Under the pieces are notes generated by a model. The model did not search any database, was not told the DNA's origin, and saw only the letters and a list, made by a program, of their open reading frames with translations. From an uncultured Actinomycetes bacterium (GTDB lineage Bacteria > Actinomycetota > Thermoleophilia > RBG-16-64-13), in contig CAIQPS010000029.1 of assembly GCA_903873715.1 (NCBI GenBank), positions 3,210-67,209 on the forward strand: 64,000 bases of DNA. Reading direction: 5' to 3'. Shown one piece after another: positions 34,115 through 47,280 of the stretch. The position numbers and the translations under genes are program-made. How positions within the stretch are numbered: position 1 is the first letter of the stretch; each line of letters begins with the position of its first letter.

Positions 34115-34999
34115 CTATATCTTCAGGAACCGCCGCAGGCCGATGCCGGACCCCGCAGCCCCGATGACCACCCCTACTGCGAGCAGTATGAGGGTCACAG
34201 AAACGTAGGGCACCGCGTCGAGCGGCACGGTCATGAACGTGAGGCTGTCTCTGATCCTCCCGATGAGGACGCTGTTCAGCACCAGCACCACCACGACGGC
34301 GACCACGGCGCCGAACAATCCGACGGTGACCCCCTCGATGATGAACGGCCAGCGGATGAACCAGTTGGTGGCCCCCACCAGCTTCATGATCTCCACTTCC
34401 CGCTTGCGGGCGAAGATCGACAGCCGGATGGTGTTGGAGATGAGCAGCACGGCCACGATCCCGAGCAGCACTATGAATCCCAGCAGGAAGTTCCTGGCCT
34501 GGGAGGTGAAGGTGAACAGCTTGTCGGCGATCTCCTTGCCGTATCGCACCTCATCCACAGAGGCATTCCCGTTGAACCGCGCCGCGACGGTATCCACGGT
34601 CTTCGGGTCGACGAGGGATACCTCGAACGAGGCTGGGAGAGGGTTGCCCGTGAGCCCTTCGAGGATCTCGGGGTTCTCCTTGAAGTCCTCTTTCAGGCGG
34701 TTGAGCGCCTCTTCCTTGCTGACGAACGTGGAGCTCTTGACCTCTTTCCAGCTCTGGATCTCGGCTTGGAGAGCATCGATCTGCTCTTGGCTGGGGTCGG
34801 GGTCGGTCTTCAGATAGACCGTGATCTCGACCTTCTGTTCCACTTCGGACAGCAGGGCGCTGGTGGTGTAGACGAAGACGAGCACGCCGCCCAGCACGAC
34901 CATCGACAGGAAGACCGTCACCAGAGCGGCGATGGTCATGAAGTAGTTCCTGCGCAGAGACCCGAAGGCCTCCTTGAGGAAGAAGCTAATCCTCCCCAT
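34115..34999 (-). CDS. ftsX: Cell division ABC transporter permease FtsX
   Basis: 4-TM FtsX topology with a large first extracellular loop. 294 aa. Confidence 0.85.
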   Translation of the reverse strand: MGRISFFLKEAFGSLRRNYFMTIAALVTVFLSMVVLGGVLVFVYTTSALLSEVEQKVEITVYLKTDPDPSQEQIDALQAEIQSWKEVKSSTFVSKEEALNRLKEDFKENPEILEGLTGNPLPASFEVSLVDPKTVDTVAARFNGNASVDEVRYGKEIADKLFTFTSQARNFLLGFIVLLGIVAVLLISNTIRLSIFARKREVEIMKLVGATNWFIRWPFIIEGVTVGLFGAVVAVVVVLVLNSVLIGRIRDSLTFMTVPLDAVPYVSVTLILLAVGVVIGAAGSGIGLRRFLKI

Positions 35000-35669
35000 A
35001 GCCGCCTCGTTTCTGGTCGCGCACGACTTTCCCCTCTTCGAGGGCGATCACGCGCCGCCGCATGCGGTCCACCATCTCGCGGTCGTGGGTGGCCATGAGC
35101 ACCGTGGTACCGGTCTTGTTGATGCGATAGAGCAACTGCATGATGCCCATGGAAGTCTCGGGGTCGAGGTTCCCGGTGGGCTCGTCTGCGATGAGGAGCG
35201 GAGGATGGTTCACGAACGCCCGGGCGATGGACACCCGCTGCTGCTCGCCCCCGGACATCTGGTTGGGGAAGCTGTCTTCCTTGTGAGCCAGACCCACCAG
35301 GCTGAGGATCTCGAGCGCCTTCTTCTTGGAGTCGTGATTGGCGTTGCCCGTGACGAGCAGCGCGTACATCACGTTCTCCAGGGCGGTCTTGTTGGGCAGG
35401 AGCTTGAAGTCCTGGAACACGCAGCCGATGTTGCGCCGCAGATAGGGGATCTTCCAGCGCCGGAGCGTCGCCAGGTCGCGCCCACCTACGCTCACACGGC
35501 CGCGGTCGGGCTCCAGCTCTTTGATCAGCAGACGGATGAAGGTGGATTTGCCCGAGCCGGACGGCCCCACGAGGAAGACGAACTCGCCTTTCTCGATGTG
35601 AAGCGTCACCCGCTCGAGCCCGACGGTGCTCGGAGGATATATCTTCGTTACGTCTTCGAACTTGATCAC
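34986..35669 (-). CDS. ftsE: Cell division ATP-binding protein FtsE
   Basis: Walker [13 protein letters not shown] signature LSGGEQQR, Walker B. 227 aa. Confidence 0.9.
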   Translation of the reverse strand: MIKFEDVTKIYPPSTVGLERVTLHIEKGEFVFLVGPSGSGKSTFIRLLIKELEPDRGRVSVGGRDLATLRRWKIPYLRRNIGCVFQDFKLLPNKTALENVMYALLVTGNANHDSKKKALEILSLVGLAHKEDSFPNQMSGGEQQRVSIARAFVNHPPLLIADEPTGNLDPETSMGIMQLLYRINKTGTTVLMATHDREMVDRMRRRVIALEEGKVVRDQKRGGYGED

Positions 35670-35768
35670 GTGCTACCTGCGACTTCCTTCTGAGGACATC
35701 CTCATGACTATTCTTCGGGGTGAGACGGAAACCTCCCGCCCCGGAAGGCGTCATTCTTCAGCGGCCTG

Positions 35769-36930
35769 CTAGCGGACCCCGAGCCTTCCGGTCGATCTTT
35801 GCCACACGTACTCCCGGATGAATTCGTCGATAGCCCCATCGAGGACCGCTTCGACATTGCCCTTCTCGAAGTTGGTCCGATGGTCCTTGACCAGCGTGTA
35901 AGGGGCGAGCACGTACGAGCGGATCTGGCTGCCCCAGGCGATGTCCCGCTGTTCGCCCTTCTCCTTGGCCAGTTCCTGTTCACGCTTCTCGTGCTCGAGC
36001 AGGAGCAGCTTGCTGCGCAGCATGCGCATGGCCGTCTCCCGGTTCTGGATCTGCGAGCGCTCGTTCTGGCACTGGACGACGGTCTTGGTGGGGACGTGCG
36101 TGATACGCACGGCGGAGTCGGTCTTGTTGACGTGCTGGCCGCCCGCGCCTGACGACCGGTAGGTCTCCACGCGCAGGTCCTTGTCTTCTATCTCCAGCGT
36201 GACGTCGCCCTCAACGAGGGGGGTAACGTCCACCGACGCGAACGAGGTGTGACGCCGAGCAGCGGAGTCGAACGGCGAGATGCGCACCAGCCGGTGCACG
36301 CCGCGCTCCGTGGACATGAGCCCGTAGGCGTTGTCGCCGTGGATGGTGAAGGTGACGCTCTTGATGCCGGCCTCGTCGCCCTCGCTGGCCTCGTTCAACT
36401 CGACGTTGAACTTCCGCTTCTCGGCCCAGCGCAGGTACATCCGCAGCAGCATCTCGGCCCAGTCCTGGCTCTCCGTGCCGCCGGCACCCGGATGGATGCT
36501 CACGATGGCGTCGCCCGCGTCGAACTCGCCGGTGAAGAGCCTCTGCTCCTCGAGGGCCTCGAGTTCCCCGCCGACCTCGGTGGAGACGCGCTCGAGATCG
36601 CCGGCCAGCTCTTCCGGCACGGTGTCGTCGTCGGTCTCCTCGGCCGCCATGTCGATCAGCACCTCGAAATCGTCCACCTGAGTCGCGAGGCGCTCGTAGA
36701 GGCCCAGCTTGCTCTTGAGGCGGCTGTAGCGGGTGCTCATCTCCTGGGCGTGGTTCTGGTCCTCCCAGAAGTCAGGGGCGCGCATCACTTCCTCGAGGGA
36801 AGCGATGTCACGTTCTAACGAGGTGGGGTCAAAGATACTCCCTTGCCCACAGCAGCTTCTCGCGGAACACGCCCAGAAGCTCGCGGTACTCGGCCAGGGA
36901 GGAAGTCTTGCTCTCAGTCTTCTCAGCCAT
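35769..36930 (-). CDS. prfB: Peptide chain release factor 2, requiring a programmed +1 ribosomal frameshift (frame 0: 36930..36832; frame +1: 36830..35769)
   Basis: The N-terminal 33 codons (MAEKTESKTSSLAEYRELLGVFREKLLWAREYL) end at CTT-TGA-C. Downstream in the +1 frame the protein carries SPF-like and GGQ motifs (..SSGAGGQHVNKTDSAVR..). Confidence 0.85.
36826..36843 (-). other. prfB autoregulatory +1 frameshift site: internal Shine-Dalgarno AGGGAG, then TAT CTT TGA C
   Basis: Minus strand reads AGGGAG-TAT-CTT-TGA-CCC, matching the canonical RF2 recoding cassette (AGGGGG-TAT-CTT-TGA-C). Confidence 0.85.
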
Positions 36931-36962
36931 ATGCAGCGGGGATTATAGCCTACCGGGCTGTT

Positions 36963-39587
<2,625 letters not shown>

Positions 39588-39669
39588 GAAAAACCACGCC
39601 TCACAGGCTGCGGCCGAGCTTCACTCTCCGGCAGCCCTCTCGGGTTGCGGACGCACCGAGGCAGTGAGG

Positions 39670-39692
39670 CCGCCCGGCCCCGGGCCGGGCGG
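39670..39692 (-). terminator. Perfect 10-bp GC hairpin with a 3-nt loop, 16 nt downstream of the hpf stop; terminator/attenuator candidate between hpf and secA (no U-tract)
   Basis: CCGCCCGGCC ccg GGCCGGGCGG, read directly. Confidence 0.35.
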
Positions 39693-39707
39693 CCGGACAA
39701 GACAGCG

Positions 39708-40271
39708 TCAGGACTGAGCCTCGATGAGCCCGTAGTTGCCGTCGCGGCGGCGGTACACCACCGCGGTCTCATTGGATTCGGAGTTGGTGAACACGAAGAA
39801 GTCGTGCCCGACCAGTTCCAACTGCAACGCCGCTTCCTCCGGCGTCATCGGTTTCACCATGAACTGCTTCGTCTTGACGATACGAGGCAGTTGCGGTTCT
39901 TCCTCCACAGCCTCCGTCTCAGCCGGGACGGCAAAGCCCTCCGCGGCGAACGCTTCCTTGGCGGGCCCCTGATGGGACACCAGCTTGTGGCGGTACTTCT
40001 TGACCTGCCGTTCCAACTTCTCGAACACCAGATCTATCGAAGCGCGTACGTCAGGCGACGCCTCCCTGGCCCTGATGACCGGACCTTTCGTGAAGATGGT
40101 GGCTTCCACTACCTGATTGTCGGAGATGCTCGGGTTCTTTTCCGTCCAGATCTCCACCTCACAACGGGACCCGTCGGCGAGGTACTTGCCGAGCCTCCCG
40201 ATCTTTTCCTCGGCGTACTTGCTCGTCGCCTCGGGAAGAACGAGATTCCTGCCTTTGACCTGTAGGTTCAC
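39708..40271 (-). CDS. hpf: Ribosome hibernation-promoting factor (long HPF, YvyD-type)
   Basis: GTG start with AAGGAG upstream. ..NLQVKGRN.. N-terminus and the C-terminal dimerisation extension. About 187 aa. Confidence 0.85.
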   Translation of the reverse strand: MNLQVKGRNLVLPEATSKYAEEKIGRLGKYLADGSRCEVEIWTEKNPSISDNQVVEATIFTKGPVIRAREASPDVRASIDLVFEKLERQVKKYRHKLVSHQGPAKEAFAAEGFAVPAETEAVEEEPQLPRIVKTKQFMVKPMTPEEAALQLELVGHDFFVFTNSESNETAVVYRRRDGNYGLIEAQS

Positions 40272-40364
40272 GCCGGTCCTGCTCCTTGTTCGTGGTAGAC
40301 GGGGTCGCACATCCCATTATAGCCCCCAGCCGTATGCCCTCCGTTAGGAGGTCCCCAGCCTCGC

Positions 40365-41267
40365 TCAGTCGTGCCCCTCGCCCCTGCCGGACACCGCCCG
40401 GGAGAACGTGAACACGTACACGGGCACTCCCATCCCGGAGGACAGCACGTGCGCCACCTCCTGGCTGGTGGCCCCGGTGGTGTAGACGTCGTCCACCAGG
40501 ATGAGGGCGCGCGGCTTGGCCGCCAGACCGGCGACGGCCTTCTCGTCCACCGCAAAAGCGCCCCGCAGGTTGGCCTGCCGTCCAGCTCTGTCCAGCGCCT
40601 TCTGATGCCGCGTCCGCACCGGCTTGCGGGCCAGCGCGGCGACAGCCAGCGCGGGCCTATGCCCCGCGGCCAGGCGCCGGGCCAGCAGTTCCGCCTGGTT
40701 GTAGCCCCGTTCGCGCTGGGACGAGGCATGGGTGGGCACCCAGGTGACGAGAACGGGAGGAGAGCCGGGTGTCGGCAGCAGCCCGGATGAAGGCTGCTCG
40801 GTCCGCGGCGGCCCGGGTGCGGCCGGCTCCGCCGCCCCAGTCACCGACGACTGCGCCACAGCTTCCACCACCAGCGCGCTGAAGGCGGGAGCCGCCAACC
40901 TCGCCATGAGCGGGGCAAGCACCGGCTGCCCTCCGGCCTTGAACTCGACGACCATCCGCTTGGCCGGCCCGGCGTGTACGAAGGCGCTGCGCTGCCCGGC
41001 GTACGCCAGATCGAGCCCCATGCAATGCGAGCATCGCCCGCCGACGAGCGGCCGCGGCCCGGGCTCGCCGCAGCGCGGGCAGCAGTCTGCACCGATGGCC
41101 GTCAAGGAAGCCTCGCAGCGCGGGCAGAGATGGTGTTCGAAATCGCCGCACCCCACGCAGCGGGGCGGGAACAGGATGGAGACCACCGGCTCGACGACAC
41201 AGTCGTAGAGCCGGTCTCTCAGAGCGGTCAGGCCGCCTGCGGCAGCCGGCGCCTGCTCACCGGCCAT
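40365..41267 (-). CDS. comFC: ComF-family protein (ComFC-like phosphoribosyltransferase with an N-terminal zinc ribbon)
   Basis: CxxC..CxxC N-terminus. PRTase motif ..LILVDDVYTTGAT... Pro-rich insert. 300 aa. Confidence 0.75.
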   Translation of the reverse strand: MAGEQAPAAAGGLTALRDRLYDCVVEPVVSILFPPRCVGCGDFEHHLCPRCEASLTAIGADCCPRCGEPGPRPLVGGRCSHCMGLDLAYAGQRSAFVHAGPAKRMVVEFKAGGQPVLAPLMARLAAPAFSALVVEAVAQSSVTGAAEPAAPGPPRTEQPSSGLLPTPGSPPVLVTWVPTHASSQRERGYNQAELLARRLAAGHRPALAVAALARKPVRTRHQKALDRAGRQANLRGAFAVDEKAVAGLAAKPRALILVDDVYTTGATSQEVAHVLSSGMGVPVYVFTFSRAVSGRGEGHD

Positions 41268-42255
41268 GCTCGCGGCCGGGCTTCTGGCCTACGATACCCT
41301 CCACGATCACCGATCCGGACGGCACGAACGAATCGGCGAGCACCACCGCCCGCACGACATGAGCTCCGGCCCCGACTACGGTACGGTCGCCCAGTACCGC
41401 CGGTCCTTCGATGACCGCATCCTCTTCGATACTGCACCCTTGCCCTATGACTACCGGCCCTTCGATGCGTGCGGACCCTGCCACGGATGCGCCCTCACCG
41501 ACCCAGACGCCTGGCTGCACCTCGCTGCCTGGCAGTTCCACCCGGACCTTACCGGTGAGCGCGTCCACATTCCCGCGGAAGAACTCACCGAGGTTACCGA
41601 CGTCGCTCCAGTAGCCGCTGAACGTGTGGGTGTGGAAGGGGATGCCCTGCTTGAGCATGTCGGGGAACAGCCGGCTGCCGAAATCATCGAACTGCCCGGC
41701 CGGGATGAGATCGAGCAGTTCGGGCTCGAACACGTAGATACCGCAGTTGCAGAGATTGGAGAGAGCCTCTTCGCGCGGCGGCTTCTCCTGGAAGCCGGTG
41801 ACCCGGCCGTCGGTGTCGGTCACAAGGACGCCGTAGAGGCTCGGGTCGGCCACTTCCTTGACCGCTATCGTGGCGATGGAACCGTTGCGCCGGTGCGCCG
41901 CCACCAGTCCGGTGAGGTCGATGTCGGTGAGGGCGTCCCCGCTCATGATGAGGAAAGTGCCGGTGCCGAGGAACGCCTCGTTCCTCTTCACCCCACCCGC
42001 GGTGCCCATGAGCGTCTCCTCGAAGGAATAGGTGACGTCGAGGCCCAAGCCCGAGCCGTCGCCCAGGTATCCGGTGATCGCGTCCGGCAGGTGGTGCAGA
42101 TTGAGGACCACCTCGCGGATGCCGTGGCGCTCGAGCAGTCGCAGGATGTGCTCCAGCACCGGCCTATCGGCCACCGGGGCCATGGGTTTGGGTAACAGGT
42201 CGGTGACCGGCCGCAGCCGGGTCCCTTTGCCCGCAGCCATGACCATGGCTCTCAT
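41257..42255 (-). CDS. Nucleotidyltransferase (NDP-sugar pyrophosphorylase, mannose-1-P guanylyltransferase/RmlA-like) with a C-terminal left-handed beta-helix
   Basis: Start ATG at 42255 overlapping the mtnA stop (ATGA). ..MAAGKGTRLRP.. nucleotide-binding motif and hexapeptide repeats. The track ORF extends further upstream with Arg/His-rich junk. Confidence 0.7.
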   Translation of the reverse strand: MRAMVMAAGKGTRLRPVTDLLPKPMAPVADRPVLEHILRLLERHGIREVVLNLHHLPDAITGYLGDGSGLGLDVTYSFEETLMGTAGGVKRNEAFLGTGTFLIMSGDALTDIDLTGLVAAHRRNGSIATIAVKEVADPSLYGVLVTDTDGRVTGFQEKPPREEALSNLCNCGIYVFEPELLDLIPAGQFDDFGSRLFPDMLKQGIPFHTHTFSGYWSDVGNLGEFFRGNVDALTGKVRVELPGSEVQPGVWVGEGASVAGSARIEGPVVIGQGCSIEEDAVIEGPAVLGDRTVVGAGAHVVRAVVLADSFVPSGSVIVEGIVGQKPGREHGR

Positions 42256-43364
42256 GCAAGCGCTCTCAGCGACTCGGTGAACGGAGGTCGGGCCACGCCA
42301 CGATCGGTGATGATGGCCGCGATGTTCGCGTTCGGCGTCACGTCGAAGGCCGGGTTGCGCACCTTGACGTCCCACGGGGCCCAGCGCTCCGACCCGTAGC
42401 CGGTGACCTCGGTCTCCGCCCGCTCCTCGATGGGGATGGAGTCCCCGGTGGCGAGCGACAGGTCGATGGTGGAGAACGGGGCGGCCACGTAGAAGGGGAT
42501 ACCGTGCTCGCGCGCGAGCACCGACACCATGTAGGTGCCGATCTTGTTGGCCGTATCGCCGTTGGCGGTGATGCGGTCGGCCCCGACCACCACGTGGGTG
42601 ATGGCGCCCTTCTTCATGAAATACCCCGACATGTTGTCGGTTATGAGCGATACCGGTATGCCCTCGCGGACCAACTCCCATGCCGTGAGCCGGGCTCCCT
42701 GCAGCAGGGGGCGGGTCTCGTCCGCGAAGACGCGCAGCTTGGGGTTACGGACGTAGGCCGAGCGGATGACTCCCAGAGCCGTCCCGTATCCGGCCGTCGC
42801 CAGAGCTCCCGCGTTGCAATGCGTCAACACCACCGGCTCATCTCCCGTGATGAGGTCCGCCCCGTGCTCGCCGATAGCGTGGCACGAGGCCAGGTCTTCC
42901 TCGAAGATCCGGACGGCGCGCTTCTCGATGGCCTCGGTTATCTCGGCCGGCGAGAGGTCCTCGCGCTTCCAGATGGGCTCCATCTCCCGGAGCGCCCAGG
43001 GGAGATTAACCGCCGTGGGGCGGGTCTCGAATAGTGCTTTGGATGCAGCTTGGACCGCAGCGTGGAAACGCGCCGCGTCGCCGCTGCTGTCGGCGAGCGC
43101 CTGCCGGGCGGCCAGGGCCATCCCCATGCCGGCGGTCACACCGAGGGCAGGAGCGCCGCGCACAGTCATGTTGCAGATGGCTTCCGCCACCTCCTGCCAC
43201 GTGGTGCACTGGAGCTCCACCTCTTCGAGGGGCAGCTTGCGCTGGTCGATCAGCACCACGGCGCCGTCGCGCCAGAGCACCGGCCTGATGTTGTCGACCG
43301 CCGCCACCCGGGCGTCGCCGCCGGCCGCCAGGCCTGCGGCGCCGGCCCCGTCACCGGCCGTCAT
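42252..43364 (-). CDS. mtnA: S-methyl-5-thioribose-1-phosphate isomerase (eIF2B-like)
   Basis: Family match throughout (..HCNAGALAT..ADETRP..GADRI..). 370 aa. Confidence 0.85.
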   Translation of the reverse strand: MTAGDGAGAAGLAAGGDARVAAVDNIRPVLWRDGAVVLIDQRKLPLEEVELQCTTWQEVAEAICNMTVRGAPALGVTAGMGMALAARQALADSSGDAARFHAAVQAASKALFETRPTAVNLPWALREMEPIWKREDLSPAEITEAIEKRAVRIFEEDLASCHAIGEHGADLITGDEPVVLTHCNAGALATAGYGTALGVIRSAYVRNPKLRVFADETRPLLQGARLTAWELVREGIPVSLITDNMSGYFMKKGAITHVVVGADRITANGDTANKIGTYMVSVLAREHGIPFYVAAPFSTIDLSLATGDSIPIEERAETEVTGYGSERWAPWDVKVRNPAFDVTPNANIAAIITDRGVARPPFTESLRALA

Positions 43365-43365
43365 C

Positions 43366-44640
<1,275 letters not shown>

Positions 44641-45300
44641 TCAGGCCTTCCGGGCCTCTGTGAACAGCACGATCGCGGCGATGCGCAGGCCCATGTGGGC
44701 CGCGATGATGACCGGAGCCACAAGCTCAGCGCTCACGGCCGCCCATCCGAAGCGGACAGCCATGTCGGGCTCGTGCCCACCGGGCGTCCGGTCGTCGGGC
44801 ACCCCGGCCACCACACCGCGACTTATTATCATACCTTCGAAATCCGGACCCAGTGCCAAAACGGCTTCAGGATCGTAGATACCGTCCATGCTCGGGAAGC
44901 GCGGGCCCACGGCTTCGTCGTTGGGACCTGCGAGGGGCGAGCGCCAGGTGAGGTTGACGTGGTCGGCGACCGCCACCGCCCGTGACGGCGCGGCACCGTC
45001 TGGTGCGGCACCTGGCGCCACCGGCGGCACGCCGGCGGGCCCCACCTCTGCGGAGCCACCCGCGGCTGCGGCCGAGCCGGCTGCGGCCCCCAGGCAGACA
45101 TACCCTATCGTCCCGGTCTCGCCTCGCAATGCCGTGCGGAGCGCGCCTATCTCGGCCGCGCTGAAGGGGCGGTAGGGATTCCGCAGACCGAGCGCGGCAA
45201 GGGAGACCACCTCCCCGTCGGCACCGGCGAGCCGTTCGCAAAGCCGGGCCGCAGGCCCGGACGGGTCGAGCTCGAGGCGCGGGCCGGCCAGCACCTTCAT
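44641..45300 (-). CDS. Purine nucleoside/5'-methylthioadenosine phosphorylase-family protein, N-terminally truncated relative to the canonical family, with an Ala/Gly/Pro-rich insertion
   Basis: Strong resemblance to the trimeric PNP family core (..ADHVNLTWRSPLAGPNDEAVGPRFPSMDGIYD.. compared with ..[35 protein letters not shown]..). The ATG at 45300 overlaps the LCP stop (ATGA). The phosphate-binding N-terminal segment seems missing. Confidence 0.5.
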   Translation of the reverse strand: MKVLAGPRLELDPSGPAARLCERLAGADGEVVSLAALGLRNPYRPFSAAEIGALRTALRGETGTIGYVCLGAAAGSAAAAGGSAEVGPAGVPPVAPGAAPDGAAPSRAVAVADHVNLTWRSPLAGPNDEAVGPRFPSMDGIYDPEAVLALGPDFEGMIISRGVVAGVPDDRTPGGHEPDMAVRFGWAAVSAELVAPVIIAAHMGLRIAAIVLFTEARKA

Positions 45301-47207
45301 TGTTTGGGAACGGTGACCATGGATTCGGCGATCTTCAGCATCTCTTCCTGGTCCAGCCAGTAGGAAAGCGTGTTCGAGACGAAGTAGAGCACACCGTCGC
45401 TCTTCCACCATACCCGCTCGACCTTGGTGTCGTTGCGAACGACGGTGTACACCACGCCGTCGTGGGTGACTTCCAACCCCTTGCTCGCGGCCGGCGCATC
45501 CAGCCAGGTCGTCTCGGTGATGCCGAACACCTGGTCGAAGTTGATCTTGGCCCCGTACATCATCCTGAAGGCCGGCTTGTCGGTGCCGCCCGGTTCGATG
45601 TTGTACGTGGCGTAGGTGTCAGGGAACCGTCTCGTCCAGACGTAGCCATCGGGGAGATAAGCGGGCGCTTCGACGGCGAACGGGGTCTGCGCCGCGAAGG
45701 GCTGCCACACCCAGGCATCGGTGATGCCCGCGCCGGAGGTGCCGGAGACCGCGAAGGCCTGCGGCAGGATGAAGTCCTTGCCCACGAACAGGGTTACGTG
45801 CGCCAGGCGGCTGTTGCGGGTGGTCTGGCTGATGCCGGTGGCGGCCGCCAGTTTCTTGGCATCCGCCTGCTTGCTGGGGGGATAGGCGATGGAGCTGTGC
45901 TGCTGCACCTCGCTGCCGTCGGCACTGCTGCCGATGGTCACGCCCAGGCTGCCCAACCACGTGGCGGCGGCGGCCGCCTCGCCGCTCCTACCGCTCACCC
46001 CGGTGACATCCACCGTGAGCCCTTGGAGATCGGCCGCGAGGGTCGTGGACGTGGTCGAGGAGGTGGCGTAGCCGGAGTACGCGCCGAGAGTATCGCCGGT
46101 GCTGCCGTCCGAACCGACCGTCGTGTCGCCGCCGGTGGTCGAGTCCACGGTGGCGTCGGCGGGGTCGTCAGGCACCGACTCGTGGAGGAACTGGCTGACC
46201 GCGCGGGCAAGCTTGTCCTCGCTCACGACCACGTAGGCCGCGCCGTTGATGGTCGGGATGCTCCCGCGCAGCGTGATGCCGCGGATGTCGTCGCCGTTCA
46301 ACCCGACTCCCCAGCGGGCCAGCCGCAGGATCTCGTTGGCGTCGAGGTCGGTGGCCACGTTCTTGAAGAGGGCCGATATCAGTCCGGGAAGCTTGAACGG
46401 CAGGTTCCAGCCCATCGCCTGTTCGCGCAGCGCGTTCATGAAGCGCTGCTGCCGTTCCATCCGCCCGAAGTCCATGTTGCGGTCGTGCCGGAAGCGCACG
46501 AAGTCCAGCGCGTCAGAGCCTTTGAGTAGCTGGAACCCCGGATAGAGATCGATCGGCTCGTAGTAGTAATCGGGGTTGTAGTAGCGCCGGTCGACATCCA
46601 CGTAGACGCCGCCGAGCGAATCCACCATGTCGGCGAACGCCGTGAAACCGACCTCCAGATAGTGGTTGATGTCCACCCCGGTGGTCTGTTCTATCGTCTT
46701 GATGGCGAGAGGTGCGCCGCCGTAGGCGAATGCCGTGTTCAACTTGCCCTTGCCGTGCCCGGGGATATCCACCCGTAGGTCGCGGGGCAGCGAGAGCACC
46801 GACAGGTAGTTCAACTCCGGGTCGACATGGACGACCATCAGCGTATCCGAGCGGCCGCCGATCGAGGGGTCGTTCGATCGCCGGTCGGAGCCGATGACGA
46901 GCAGGTTCATGGCCGATGGCGACGGTTCGTCCACCGTCGACGTGGGCCCGGAGGCGACAGCGGCGGACTCGGCATCCGCCAGCGTGGTCAACGTGGTGGA
47001 AGGCTTCTCCTGGAGCGCCTGGCGGATATCCTGCGAAACCCGGCCGTTGGCCGAGGAGACCTGTGCCCGGAACCAAAGGTATGAGCCGCCTGCGAGTGCG
47101 ACGGCGACCACGACGAGGGCGATGCTGGCCCACAGAACGACGCGTTTCCAACGGCGCTTAGGACGACCCTCGACCACATACAGCGTATAGCGATTCTTCT
47201 TCGACAA
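45297..47207 (-). CDS. LytR-CpsA-Psr (LCP) family cell-envelope phosphotransferase with an extended C-terminal region
   Basis: N-terminal TM anchor. LCP core (..LLVIGSDRR..RSDTLMVVHVD..SLPRD..). 636 aa. Confidence 0.8.
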   Translation of the reverse strand: MSKKNRYTLYVVEGRPKRRWKRVVLWASIALVVVAVALAGGSYLWFRAQVSSANGRVSQDIRQALQEKPSTTLTTLADAESAAVASGPTSTVDEPSPSAMNLLVIGSDRRSNDPSIGGRSDTLMVVHVDPELNYLSVLSLPRDLRVDIPGHGKGKLNTAFAYGGAPLAIKTIEQTTGVDINHYLEVGFTAFADMVDSLGGVYVDVDRRYYNPDYYYEPIDLYPGFQLLKGSDALDFVRFRHDRNMDFGRMERQQRFMNALREQAMGWNLPFKLPGLISALFKNVATDLDANEILRLARWGVGLNGDDIRGITLRGSIPTINGAAYVVVSEDKLARAVSQFLHESVPDDPADATVDSTTGGDTTVGSDGSTGDTLGAYSGYATSSTTSTTLAADLQGLTVDVTGVSGRSGEAAAAATWLGSLGVTIGSSADGSEVQQHSSIAYPPSKQADAKKLAAATGISQTTRNSRLAHVTLFVGKDFILPQAFAVSGTSGAGITDAWVWQPFAAQTPFAVEAPAYLPDGYVWTRRFPDTYATYNIEPGGTDKPAFRMMYGAKINFDQVFGITETTWLDAPAASKGLEVTHDGVVYTVVRNDTKVERVWWKSDGVLYFVSNTLSYWLDQEEMLKIAESMVTVPKQ

Positions 47208-47280
47208 ACCGATCCGATTCTCTTGCCCTACTTCGTACGGAGCGGAGATTCTAACCTCGAAACTGCCCTGCCGTCCGAGA

